A stretch of 64,000 nucleotides of DNA, from positions 96,001 through 160,000 of the forward strand of contig JAVHQC010000006.1 of assembly GCA_036170915.1 (NCBI GenBank), written 5' to 3'. The notes beneath the pieces were generated by a model, which did not search any database, was not told the DNA's origin, and saw only the letters and a list, made by a program, of their open reading frames with translations. Below, piece after piece: positions 49,142 to 58,663 of this stretch. The stretch comes from Cyanobacteria bacterium auto_48_18. Its GTDB lineage: Bacteria > Cyanobacteriota > Vampirovibrionia > Obscuribacterales > Obscuribacteraceae. A program made the position numbers and the translations under genes. Numbering within the stretch: the stretch's first letter is position 1; each line of letters begins with the position of its first letter.

Positions 49142-49792
49142 CTAAACAGAGGCAAAATCAAATCGCTGACCAAAGGCAGTGCTGATGATTGTCTTTAGCT
49201 CTTCTTGCACAGCACTAAGTGCTTTGCTGGCGTCAATTACTTGCCAGCGTTGTGGTTCTTTTTTGACCAGTTCGAGATAACCCTGACGCACGCGATGATG
49301 GAATTCGATTGCCTCGCGTTCCATGCGATCGTGACCACCAGGGTGCAGACGCCCCAGCCCTTTTTCGCTTTCCAGATCAAAAAGAATAGTCAGCTCAGGT
49401 GTCAGCCCTTGAGTAGACATGGCATTGAGTTGGCTAATCAAATTTAGATCAAGAGAACGGCCATAACCCTGGTATGCCACTGTTGAGTCTGTATAGCGAT
49501 CGCAAATTACCAGCTTGCCTTCTTTCAGTGCCGGAATAATCAACTCATCCACATGCTGCGCCCGGTCGGCTGAATAGAGCAAAAGTTCTGCCATAGGGCT
49601 GACCGGATTACCTGGCGTAAGCAGTGCACGGCGAATTTGCTTTCCAAGGGGCGTGCCACCAGGATCGCGGGTGATTAAATGCGGTATGCCGGCGGCCTCG
49701 AGTTTACTGGCCAAAAGCTTGACCTGCGTGGTTTTACCCGCCCCCTCTGGTCCTTCCAGGGTGAGGAATGTGCCGGGATATCCGTGGGTCAT
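49142..49792 (-). CDS. tmk: Thymidylate kinase
   Basis: EGPEGAGKTTQ, ADRAQH, CDRYTDSTVAYQGYGR. Confidence 0.96.
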   Translation of the reverse strand: MTHGYPGTFLTLEGPEGAGKTTQVKLLASKLEAAGIPHLITRDPGGTPLGKQIRRALLTPGNPVSPMAELLLYSADRAQHVDELIIPALKEGKLVICDRYTDSTVAYQGYGRSLDLNLISQLNAMSTQGLTPELTILFDLESEKGLGRLHPGGHDRMEREAIEFHHRVRQGYLELVKKEPQRWQVIDASKALSAVQEELKTIISTAFGQRFDFASV

Positions 49793-49945
49793 TAGCGAAA
49801 GGTCTCCGTCTGAAAATAGTTAATATTGTTGCACAAATGATATGATTGCCAGCCTGTTGGAAAGATTTTCACGGCGACGCGCTCTGGGAGCGCTCCTTTT
49901 GCCTATTCAACTTCCATTAGCACTTACATTTAGAGAGGTTAACTC

Positions 49946-51448
49946 ATGGCTCAGACCTTAACGGCTCCCAAAGTCAAAGTAGATCGCAAGTGGCAACTCT
50001 GGATCGATGGAAAGTTTGTTGATGGTGCAACCGAGCGCACTCTCATAAACCCCGCCACCGGCAAAGTGCTGACTAAAGTTTCTGAAGCTTCTAAAAAACA
50101 AGTAGAAGACGCCATCAAGGCTGCCAGAAAAGCATTTGATCATGGTCCGTGGCCACGTCTGAACGCTCTTGAGCGCTCACAGTTTTTGATCAAAATCGCC
50201 GACGCTATTGATGCCCATGCCGAAGAGTTAGCAGAGCTTGAAACTTTAAACGGCGGCAAACCGTTGCGTGAAGCCAATTATGATATTGCTGATGCTGCCT
50301 ATTGCTTCCGTTATTATGCAGGGCTTATCACCAAGCCTAGTGGTCAATCAATCGATGTGCCCGCACCATCAGTCACCACCGTGGTGCGCGAACCGATTGG
50401 TGTTTGTGGACAAATCATTCCCTGGAATTATCCGCTCTTGATGGCTGCATGGAAGTTGGCTCCAGCTCTAGCTGCCGGCAACACCTGCGTGCTCAAGCCT
50501 TCTGAATATACACCGCTGACGGTGATACGTCTGGCCGAAATTTTAAGCGATTTGCATCTGCCCGAAGGCGTGGTCAATATCGTCTTGGGTGACGGTCCAA
50601 CTGTTGGGCAACCGCTGGCTGAGAGCACTCTGGTTGATAAAATTGCCTTTACCGGCAGTGTCAAAACCGGAAAAATTATTGCTGCAGCTGCTCTAACTAA
50701 TTTGAAAAAAGTCACCCTTGAACTGGGCGGCAAGTCACCAATGGTGGTGTTCCCTGATTTCGATCTCGATATTGCCGTGGACTATGCGCTCTTTGCCATC
50801 TACTGCAACGCCGGCCAGGTATGTTCCGCCGGATCGCGCATGATTGTCGATGCTTCAATTTATGATCAGTTCGTTAAAAAAATGGCTGAGCGCGCCAAGA
50901 AAATTCGCGTAGGTCCTGGCCTTGAAGACGAAACTGAAATGGGACCACTAGTAAGCGAAACACAAATGAAGCGTGTGCTCGAATACATTGAGATTGGTAA
51001 AAAAGAAGGGGCTAAGCTGGTCACCGGCGGCGACCAGGCCAAAGGCGAGAAGTATGGCAATGGCTATTACGTCAACCCAACCATCTTCAGTGATGTGAAA
51101 GCGGACATGCGCATTGTTCAAGAAGAAATATTTGGACCAGTGGTGGTTGTTCAGAAATTCAAAACTGAAGAAGAAGCAGTTGAATTGGCTAATGATTCAC
51201 CATTTGGCCTGGCTGGTGCGGTCTTTACAAATGACATCACCCGGGCGCACCGTGTGGTTAAGCAATTAAGGGCTGGAATCACCTGGGTTAACGCTTATCA
51301 CAACACTTATACCGAATGCCCATGGGGTGGCTATAAGCAGAGTGGTTGGGGTCGTGAGCTGGGTACCTTTGGCCTTGAAGCTTACACAGAAGTTAAGCAA
51401 ATCAATATCAATTTAGATCCGCAGGCTGTGGGTTGGTTTGAAGCTTAA
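49946..51448 (+). CDS. Aldehyde dehydrogenase (betaine-aldehyde dehydrogenase-like)
   Basis: PWNYP, FTGS, LELGGKSP, GQVCSAG, EEIFGP, GGYKQSG. Confidence 0.95.
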   Translation: MAQTLTAPKVKVDRKWQLWIDGKFVDGATERTLINPATGKVLTKVSEASKKQVEDAIKAARKAFDHGPWPRLNALERSQFLIKIADAIDAHAEELAELETLNGGKPLREANYDIADAAYCFRYYAGLITKPSGQSIDVPAPSVTTVVREPIGVCGQIIPWNYPLLMAAWKLAPALAAGNTCVLKPSEYTPLTVIRLAEILSDLHLPEGVVNIVLGDGPTVGQPLAESTLVDKIAFTGSVKTGKIIAAAALTNLKKVTLELGGKSPMVVFPDFDLDIAVDYALFAIYCNAGQVCSAGSRMIVDASIYDQFVKKMAERAKKIRVGPGLEDETEMGPLVSETQMKRVLEYIEIGKKEGAKLVTGGDQAKGEKYGNGYYVNPTIFSDVKADMRIVQEEIFGPVVVVQKFKTEEEAVELANDSPFGLAGAVFTNDITRAHRVVKQLRAGITWVNAYHNTYTECPWGGYKQSGWGRELGTFGLEAYTEVKQININLDPQAVGWFEA

Positions 51449-51505
51449 TTTAGTTCGCCTTTGGCGGGTTTAGGTTTGCTCTTCTCTAGGGAGTGCTGAT
51501 CTGTT

Positions 51506-51558
51506 GCCTAAGGATTTTTACAACTTATAGGTTGTGCTCGCGTACAACCTATAAGTTG
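51506..51558. repeat. Dispersed palindromic intergenic element, copy 2
   Basis: Contains a perfect 15-bp inverted repeat caacttataggttgt / acaacctataagttg; matches 33062..33114. Confidence 0.75.
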
Positions 51559-51584
51559 GTTTTTGGGGTCTAGGTGAAAAAAAC

Positions 51585-52385
51585 ATGGGTCTTAGAGGGT
51601 TGGTCTTAATGCAATTTGCGTTTGGGCTTTATATTCGAACTTTTGCCGCAGCGGTGCTTATTGCGGCGACTACCCTGATGCTACACGTCTGCCCTCCTGC
51701 AGCTTCCGCGTTTTCAAACTCTCGTGAATATTTTATCGATGACGTCATTATTGAAGGTAATCGTTTAGTATCTACGGAAGAAATTTCACGGGTTATAAAA
51801 ACCCGCAAAGGCGACAAGTACGATCGCGACGTAGTTCTGCAAGACTTAAGGGCTATTCACGAGCTTGGTTGTTTTGATGAAGAAAGTCTTGCCGTTAATC
51901 CGACGTTGACGCCGAGAGGCGTGTTACTAAAGATTTGTGTAAAAGAAAACCCTACAGTTCAGCAATTTATTGTCAGCGGCAACGACTCAATTGCTTCAGA
52001 ACAGATTACAAAAATATTTTCAAATCAGTTGTTCAAGCCGCAGAACTTCAATAACTTAGTCTCTGCCATTGACCAAGTCGAATGCGTCTATCAAGAAAAG
52101 GGCTTCGTCTTAGCTCGTGTTGTGGACGTCAAAGACGGGCCCGATGGTTCTATAGAATTGGTCATAAACGAAGGCATACTTGAAAATATTGTCTTCGTCG
52201 GAAATGTAAACTTGAGCCATGCATGCCTAAAGGCAATGCTTAAGTTAGAACCTGTCGGTGCCATTAAAGAATTTCCCTACAACAATAATGCTAAGGCAAG
52301 GGCGGCTGCGCGGCTGAACCGATTTGAATCTGAGACATTTCCCGTTCTGAAACTACTAATGCCACACTCTCGTATTGTCAAGTGA
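51585..52385 (+). CDS. POTRA-domain-only protein, paralog of the downstream BamA N-terminus
   Basis: DDVIIEGNRLVSTEEIS.VIKTRKGDKYDRDVV closely matches BamA; no beta-barrel. Confidence 0.8.
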   Translation: MGLRGLVLMQFAFGLYIRTFAAAVLIAATTLMLHVCPPAASAFSNSREYFIDDVIIEGNRLVSTEEISRVIKTRKGDKYDRDVVLQDLRAIHELGCFDEESLAVNPTLTPRGVLLKICVKENPTVQQFIVSGNDSIASEQITKIFSNQLFKPQNFNNLVSAIDQVECVYQEKGFVLARVVDVKDGPDGSIELVINEGILENIVFVGNVNLSHACLKAMLKLEPVGAIKEFPYNNNAKARAAARLNRFESETFPVLKLLMPHSRIVK

Positions 52386-52492
52386 TTAGCATTTGCTCAG
52401 AAGTCTCTCTTTACGCAACACCTTGGCATGCATTGACGTCATGTTAGAATAGGGCTGCCGAAGCGGCACAAATAGTAACCAGTAGGCATCTA

Positions 52493-54484
52493 GTGAAGTT
52501 TCAAAGTTCGAGAAATTTAAAAGCATCGTCTGTGGTGGCAAGGCTTCTGTCAGCGTCTCTGGCGCTTTCAATTAGTGTTGCTCCTGCTTTTGCTCAATCA
52601 ATGGCCGAGCCTACATTCAAACTTCCCAATCAACAGTCTTCTTCTCCTGCACCAGCAGCGAGCAACTATCTTGTCGATGACGTCAAAATTGAAGGCAATA
52701 GACTTGTTTCTACAGAAGAAATAAGTAAAGTCGTCAAAACTCGCAAGGGCGATAAATATGACCGCGATGTGGTCATGCAAGATTTAAAAGCCATCCACGG
52801 CCTGGGTTATTTTGACGAACAAAGTCTGGCTGTAAATCCTGAGATGACTTCCAGCGGTGTCTTGCTCAAAATTCGAGTGGTTGAAAATGCTCCAATTACG
52901 CAGTTTTCAATTCGCGGCAATGAAGCCATTTCGACAGAAGAAATAACCAAACTTTTTTCAGACCAGCTGGGTAAACCGCAAAATTTAAACGCACTTTCAT
53001 CGGCAATTGAAAAAGTTGAACAGAGCTATCATGAGAAAGGCTTTGTGCTGGCTCGTGTGACCGATGTCAAAGACGATCCAGACGGCTCAGTAGAACTCGT
53101 TATTAATGAAGGCACCATCGACAATATCGAAATTGTCGGCAATAAAAAAACGCAAGATTTCATTATCAGGCACGGCATCAAAACCAAAGCCGGAGCCGTC
53201 TACAACGAAAGACAGTTAACCAATGATTTGCGCAAGCTTTACGCCAATGGTTATTTCCAAGACATAAGACGCTCGCTGGTGCCTTCGACTACCAATCCAG
53301 ACAAGTACACCTTAAAGGTCGAAGTAGACGAAAAGCGCACCGGATCTGTTGGCCTTGGTGGTGGCGTTGATTCGGTGGCCGGACCATTTGGCTCGCTTAG
53401 CTTTTCTGACGGCAATTTTAGAGGCCGCGGGCAAATACTTTCATTCAGTTCGCAGGTGGGTTCCGGCACATTCAATAGTGTAAGCAATAACATCAATAAT
53501 GGCGGCAGTACGTTCTTACCCACTGGTCGTACATACAACTTAGAAGCCAATTTCGTTGAACCCAGCCTTAGAGGGTCTGACGTTTCTATGGCGATAAATG
53601 CTTCTGGTCGCAATATGGGCAGCATGTTTATTGACCAGGCTATGCAACGCACAGTGGGCCTGAGCACCACGTTTTCTAAACCTTTGGCTCACGGATGGAA
53701 CGCTAATTTAGGTATCCTCGGTGAAAATACGGCACTGAAAAACGTAGCCGGAGTATCTGCGACGCAAGACATTTTGACCTCGATGCAAAATCGCGCACTG
53801 GCCAGCGGATTGGCCACAACTCAAGAAGGTGCGACTCTCCTGGCGGGACAATCAAGAGCTGAGCAACTTAAAGGTGGCACCTATTTAAGCGTCAGCCCAT
53901 CTCTCACTCGTGATACCAGAGATAGTGCCATGGATCCTACATCAGGATCTTTTTTGAAAGCTTCTGTAAGCCCTTCAGCTGGTCTGGGTGGCGGCTTTGT
54001 TAAAGGTGGCATTAGTGCCAGTAAATACAAGGCCCTGGGCAAAAACTTCACTTTGGCAATGAATGCGCAAGCAGGCAGTTCGTTTGGCGGTTTGCCGCAG
54101 TTTGCTCAATATAGACTGGGCGGCTGGAATGGCGTACGCGGTTACCGTTCGTTTTCCGACCTTGGTACTGGGGCGGGCATGCTTATGGGCACGGCTGAAA
54201 TTAGAGCAAAGCTTGCTTTCTTGCCTGATGACAACAAAATCACCAGCACCATTAAAAAGAATGTGCGTGGAGTTGCTTTCTTAGATTACGGTCAGGTGAT
54301 TGGCAACGGTACCACCAATACCCTTTTATCTCGTTCTAGCTTTGGTGCTTCCGTTGGTGTCGGTCTGCGCATCAACATGCCCATGATTGGTATGGTACGC
54401 ATTGATTACGGCCTGCCTATCGTCAGCTCCATTCTTGGTGCGCGTACACCGCGTATGACCGTAGGTTTTGGAGAGAAGTTTTAA
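52493..54484 (+). CDS. bamA: BamA/Omp85 outer membrane protein assembly factor
   Basis: Three POTRA domains; VRGY motif; GVGLR, RIDYG; terminal GEKF. Confidence 0.93.
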   Translation: MKFQSSRNLKASSVVARLLSASLALSISVAPAFAQSMAEPTFKLPNQQSSSPAPAASNYLVDDVKIEGNRLVSTEEISKVVKTRKGDKYDRDVVMQDLKAIHGLGYFDEQSLAVNPEMTSSGVLLKIRVVENAPITQFSIRGNEAISTEEITKLFSDQLGKPQNLNALSSAIEKVEQSYHEKGFVLARVTDVKDDPDGSVELVINEGTIDNIEIVGNKKTQDFIIRHGIKTKAGAVYNERQLTNDLRKLYANGYFQDIRRSLVPSTTNPDKYTLKVEVDEKRTGSVGLGGGVDSVAGPFGSLSFSDGNFRGRGQILSFSSQVGSGTFNSVSNNINNGGSTFLPTGRTYNLEANFVEPSLRGSDVSMAINASGRNMGSMFIDQAMQRTVGLSTTFSKPLAHGWNANLGILGENTALKNVAGVSATQDILTSMQNRALASGLATTQEGATLLAGQSRAEQLKGGTYLSVSPSLTRDTRDSAMDPTSGSFLKASVSPSAGLGGGFVKGGISASKYKALGKNFTLAMNAQAGSSFGGLPQFAQYRLGGWNGVRGYRSFSDLGTGAGMLMGTAEIRAKLAFLPDDNKITSTIKKNVRGVAFLDYGQVIGNGTTNTLLSRSSFGASVGVGLRINMPMIGMVRIDYGLPIVSSILGARTPRMTVGFGEKF

Positions 54485-54593
54485 TAACACCCGTTCAGCT
54501 ATGCTGGTTTGAGCCGGCCTAATGTTGTAAACTGTGCGCTCGGGCCTATTTACATGGTTAAGTGTTACCTGAATATATTCTTTGGAGAGATGA

Positions 54594-55115
54594 ATGCAGT
54601 ACGTTCAAAAGTCTTCCGCCGTTATTGCCAGCGCAATTCTGTCAGTTGTTATCGCCTCCGGCGCGCTTGCACAGGGAACCGCCGCTGTTAAAGCAGCCAC
54701 TCTTGGTGTAGTCGATCGCGACAAAGTGATAACCAGCTTCCCAAAAGCACAAGCAGCCGCTGAAGACCTCAAAAAAACTGAAGACTCAGTGAAAAAGTTG
54801 CTTGAAGAGTCAAACAGACAGTACGAAGATGCTAAGAATGCCAAAAAGCCTCAAGCCGAATTGGAATCTTTGCAAAAGCGTTTGCAAGCCAAAATTGATG
54901 AAGAGTACAAGAGAGCCACATCTAAGGCTCAAGGTCTTGAAACTTCACTCGAAAATGACATTGATAGCGCTATCAAAGCTGAAGCTGCAAGCCGCAAGCT
55001 CGATACCGTATTGATGAAGGGTGCTGTTTTGATGGGTGGTGTTGATATTACTGATGGCGTTGTAAAGCGCCTTGGTGTTTCAGCCAGTGCTTCATCTAAA
55101 TCTGCCATCAAATAA
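54594..55115 (+). CDS. skp: Skp/OmpH periplasmic chaperone
   Basis: Signal peptide; LGVVD, coiled coil, GGVDITDGV; located between bamA and lpxD. Confidence 0.88.
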   Translation: MQYVQKSSAVIASAILSVVIASGALAQGTAAVKAATLGVVDRDKVITSFPKAQAAAEDLKKTEDSVKKLLEESNRQYEDAKNAKKPQAELESLQKRLQAKIDEEYKRATSKAQGLETSLENDIDSAIKAEAASRKLDTVLMKGAVLMGGVDITDGVVKRLGVSASASSKSAIK

Positions 55116-55160
55116 TGGCTACTGTGGTGATTCGCCTTTGAGTCTTATTTTATGATCGTC

Positions 55161-55198
55161 ACTTTACCCGTGCTTTTGCGCGGGTAAAGTTGTTTTTT
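55161..55198 (+). terminator. Intrinsic terminator after skp
   Basis: ACTTTACCCGTGC...GCGCGGGTAAAGT followed by TGTTTTTT. Confidence 0.75.
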
Positions 55199-55228
55199 GT
55201 ACCTATTCAACAATGAAGGAGACCTGAG

Positions 55229-56344
55229 ATGAGGCTGCCGCAAGCAATGAATTTGGGTCAGATCGCCGGATTGATCGGCGGCCGTGTGCACGGTGATTCG
55301 TCAATAATGGTGGAGAGTGTTTCCCCTTCTCCCCTTAATGCTAAAGATGATGATCTTGCTTTCGTATTTGAACAGAAACTGGTAAAAAAACTTTCTCAGT
55401 GCAAAGCAATAGCGGTAGTTGCTCCTTTTGGTACTGAGGTTGATTATCCTGAGCGCAATATGATTCTGGTCGAAAGGCCAAATCTAGCCATTCAAAAAGT
55501 ATTGGCAGCCCTGGCTCCCAAGCGCTTTTACCCAGAAAAAGGTATACACCCCACAGCGGTGGTTGATAGCTCTGCCACTATTGGTGAAGGCGCCTGCATT
55601 GGTGCATACGTAGTAATTGGACCGAAAAGCAAAATCGGTGATCGCACCATCATCATGCCCCATTGCGTTATTGGTGGCGCCGTTGAAATAGGCACCGATT
55701 CTATTTTGCATCCCAGTTGCTTAATTGCCGACTACTGCAAAATCGGCTCTCACTGTATTTTGCAGCAGGGCGCCAGCATGGGTGCTGATGGCTTCGGCTA
55801 CGTCACTGAAAGACCAAGCAATTTCGAAAAGAATATTGCCGGTACCAAAGATTTTTCCGATGATGCCAATCCGCTTTTGAAAATTCCTCAGATCGGGAAT
55901 GTGGTTCTGGAAGATTATGTCGAAGTGGGCTCATATGCCACAATTGACCGTGCCACCATGGGCGCTACCGTTATTGGTCAGGGCACCAAGATTGATAATC
56001 TGGTGATGATTGCCCACAACAATCGCTTAGGGCGAGAGTGTCTGGTTGTCGCCAGCGCTTCTATTGGCGGCTCATGTTCTATCGGTGATCGTGCCGTGCT
56101 CGGCGGCGGTGCCAATTTGAGCGACCACCTCAAGTTAGGCAATGACGCTGTATTATCAGGTGGCTCTGGTGCTATGAAAAATATTGATGCCGGAGATATT
56201 CATGCGGGCACGCCTGCCATGCCGGCTCGCGAATTCTTTGCCATGTACGCTAACTTGCGGCGTTTGCCCAGAGTGACCGATGACGTAAAAGATCTAAAAA
56301 GACGAATTGCTCTTTTGGAGGAGCAAATTCTCGGGGGGAAATAA
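55229..56344 (+). CDS. lpxD: UDP-3-O-(3-hydroxyacyl)glucosamine N-acyltransferase
   Basis: GIHPTAVV, hexapeptide repeats, DGFGY, TIDRA, KIDNLVMIAHN. Confidence 0.95.
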   Translation: MRLPQAMNLGQIAGLIGGRVHGDSSIMVESVSPSPLNAKDDDLAFVFEQKLVKKLSQCKAIAVVAPFGTEVDYPERNMILVERPNLAIQKVLAALAPKRFYPEKGIHPTAVVDSSATIGEGACIGAYVVIGPKSKIGDRTIIMPHCVIGGAVEIGTDSILHPSCLIADYCKIGSHCILQQGASMGADGFGYVTERPSNFEKNIAGTKDFSDDANPLLKIPQIGNVVLEDYVEVGSYATIDRATMGATVIGQGTKIDNLVMIAHNNRLGRECLVVASASIGGSCSIGDRAVLGGGANLSDHLKLGNDAVLSGGSGAMKNIDAGDIHAGTPAMPAREFFAMYANLRRLPRVTDDVKDLKRRIALLEEQILGGK

Positions 56345-57190
56345 ATGTCGATTTCGAACCAGGCGATCAATCTTCATCATATGTTAGCCGCAAGCCCTAA
56401 ACTGGCTTCGTACAGTGGCCGGGGCATGACTTCGAAACAAGATATTTTGGTTGAGCTTTATCAAGCTCCACCCGGAAGTGGTATCACTTTTCTATGCACC
56501 ACTGGTGATCAAAAAGATCTTGTGGCTGTGCCGGCCAGGGCCAGCTCAGTGGTCAACACTTTGCGCAATGTGGTTGTGGGCAGCGGCAAGACCAGACTTT
56601 GCATCGTCGAGCATTTTTTATGCGCTGCTACTCTCTGGGGTCTTGAAGATCTTTACGTTATGGTTGATGGGCCTGAGATGCCGCTAGCTGATGGCAGTGC
56701 GCAGTTCTGGATTGAGCTTTTTGAAAGCGCTGGCATCGAACGCAAACAAGTTGTTTGTGACATTACACTGCGTGAGGTAGTGTCTGTCAGTAAAGGCGAT
56801 CGTTCAATTTTAGCGGTGCCGGCGGACAATTTTTCAGTCACCTATTTGATGGATTGGAAGCATCCAAAAATTGGCCAGGTGTGGAAGAGCTGGGACCAGA
56901 CTCAAGATATTAAAGAGGTCTATGCGGCGCGCACCTTCGGTATGCTCAAAGAGCACGAGATGCTTGGTCTGGTGAATGACGTGGTCAGCATCACTGAAGA
57001 CGATTTTACTATGCCGCTGCGTTCACCCGATGAACCGGTTAGGCACAAATTGCTCGACTTGATTGGCGATTTGGCTTTATGTGGAGTCAATCCGCTACGG
57101 GTCAAAGCTCGCTTTATCAGCACGAAAGCAGGCCATGAACTTGACGTAGAAATAGCTAAGAAACTGCAAGCGCTTCTCTGTCAACAATAG
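56345..57190 (+). CDS. lpxC: UDP-3-O-acyl-N-acetylglucosamine deacetylase
   Basis: VEHFL, EMPLADGSA, ARTFG, DEPVRHKLLDLIGDL, AGH. Confidence 0.92.
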   Translation: MSISNQAINLHHMLAASPKLASYSGRGMTSKQDILVELYQAPPGSGITFLCTTGDQKDLVAVPARASSVVNTLRNVVVGSGKTRLCIVEHFLCAATLWGLEDLYVMVDGPEMPLADGSAQFWIELFESAGIERKQVVCDITLREVVSVSKGDRSILAVPADNFSVTYLMDWKHPKIGQVWKSWDQTQDIKEVYAARTFGMLKEHEMLGLVNDVVSITEDDFTMPLRSPDEPVRHKLLDLIGDLALCGVNPLRVKARFISTKAGHELDVEIAKKLQALLCQQ

Positions 57191-57198
57191 AGGTAACG

Positions 57199-58650
57199 AT
57201 GTACAAAATCGGTTTAGCTTTTGCCTTGTGCTTGACCATGGCCCTGCAAATGCCGGTTAATGCCGCCGAAACTGTTGCAGCCGGCGGTTCGCAGGGCATT
57301 TCGCTCACCGTGTACAACCAGAATTTTGGCCTTGTTAAAGATACACGCAATATCGACCTGGTGAGTGGCACAAATTATTTACGTTTCGAAGATGTTGCTG
57401 CAGCGATTGATCCGACAACTGTTAGCTTTAGCTCAATCACCGCACCTAACTCAGTGGTGGTGCGGGAACAAAATTATCAGTATGACTTGATGGATGTAGG
57501 CACCATTCTTTCTAAGTCGGTGGGTAAAGAGATAACAATTCGTCAGTACACAAATGGTGGTGTGCAGGAAGTAAGGGGCACTCTTTTAAATCAGCCTGTG
57601 GTCACTGTTGCTGATAGCAACGGTAATTTATCTACTCGTACTCAAAGCATTGTTCTTAAGACCGCTTCAGGAATTCTGGTGGGCCCTTCCGGTGAAGTAG
57701 AGCTTGCTGCTTTGCCTGCCGGTCTTGTTTCTAAACCGTCTTTGTTATGGAAACTGGAAAGTGATAAGGCTGGCCCACAGAAAGCTGAGATTAGCTATCA
57801 GACCCAGGGCTTAAACTGGAAATGCGATTATGTGGCAGTGGTTAATGCCGACGATACTTTGTCTGATCTGACTAGTTGGGTCACTCTTGATAATAAATCA
57901 GGTGCCACATATAAGAACGCTGCGCTGAAACTAATTGCTGGCGACGTGCACAAAATGCAAAATCAAGCGGTACCCTATGCCGCCCGGGCTAAAAGCTTGG
58001 AGGCCGCCTCACCGCAGTTTACTGAGCAATCTTTTGCCGAATATCACCTCTATGCTCTGGCTGGGAAAACTGATTTAAACAACAACGAAACCAAGCAATT
58101 GACGTTGTTTAATGCCACTGAAGTACCGGTGAAAAAGCTCTATGTGTTTGATTCAATAGATAGAAATTCTTATGACAGCATGTACGGTGTTCACAGCAAG
58201 TCGAATAAAATCAACGTCAAGCTCGAAATGTCCAACAGCAAGGCCAATAACCTGGGTATGCCCATGCCTAAAGGCAAGGTGCGCGTTTACAAAAAAGATA
58301 AAGATGGCGCCTTGCAATTTGTCGGCGAAGATCTAATTGACCATACACCTAGAGACGAAAAAATACGCATCTATTTAGGTAACGCCTTTGATATTGTGGG
58401 CGAACGCAAACAATTATTTCAGCAGCGAGTAAATGATCGCACGCGAAAACTTACTTATGAAATTACCATTCGTAACCATAAAGAAACGGCCGTTACAGTC
58501 AATTGTATTGAGCATAGCCGTGGTGATTGGAGAGTTACAGCGTCCAGTCATACCCCTGTTAGAAAAGATTCGCAGACCTTTGAATTTGCGGTAGAAGTGC
58601 CAGCTAATGGCGAAACCAAGGTGACCTACGACATTGAAGTGCGCTACTAA
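57199..58650 (+). CDS. Secreted DUF4139/DUF4140 family protein
   Basis: SLTVYNQNFGLVKD, EQNYQYDL, LVSKPSL, EYHLY, GMPMPKGKVRVY. Confidence 0.85.
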   Translation: MYKIGLAFALCLTMALQMPVNAAETVAAGGSQGISLTVYNQNFGLVKDTRNIDLVSGTNYLRFEDVAAAIDPTTVSFSSITAPNSVVVREQNYQYDLMDVGTILSKSVGKEITIRQYTNGGVQEVRGTLLNQPVVTVADSNGNLSTRTQSIVLKTASGILVGPSGEVELAALPAGLVSKPSLLWKLESDKAGPQKAEISYQTQGLNWKCDYVAVVNADDTLSDLTSWVTLDNKSGATYKNAALKLIAGDVHKMQNQAVPYAARAKSLEAASPQFTEQSFAEYHLYALAGKTDLNNNETKQLTLFNATEVPVKKLYVFDSIDRNSYDSMYGVHSKSNKINVKLEMSNSKANNLGMPMPKGKVRVYKKDKDGALQFVGEDLIDHTPRDEKIRIYLGNAFDIVGERKQLFQQRVNDRTRKLTYEITIRNHKETAVTVNCIEHSRGDWRVTASSHTPVRKDSQTFEFAVEVPANGETKVTYDIEVRY

Positions 58651-58663
58651 AAAGGAGTTTCTC

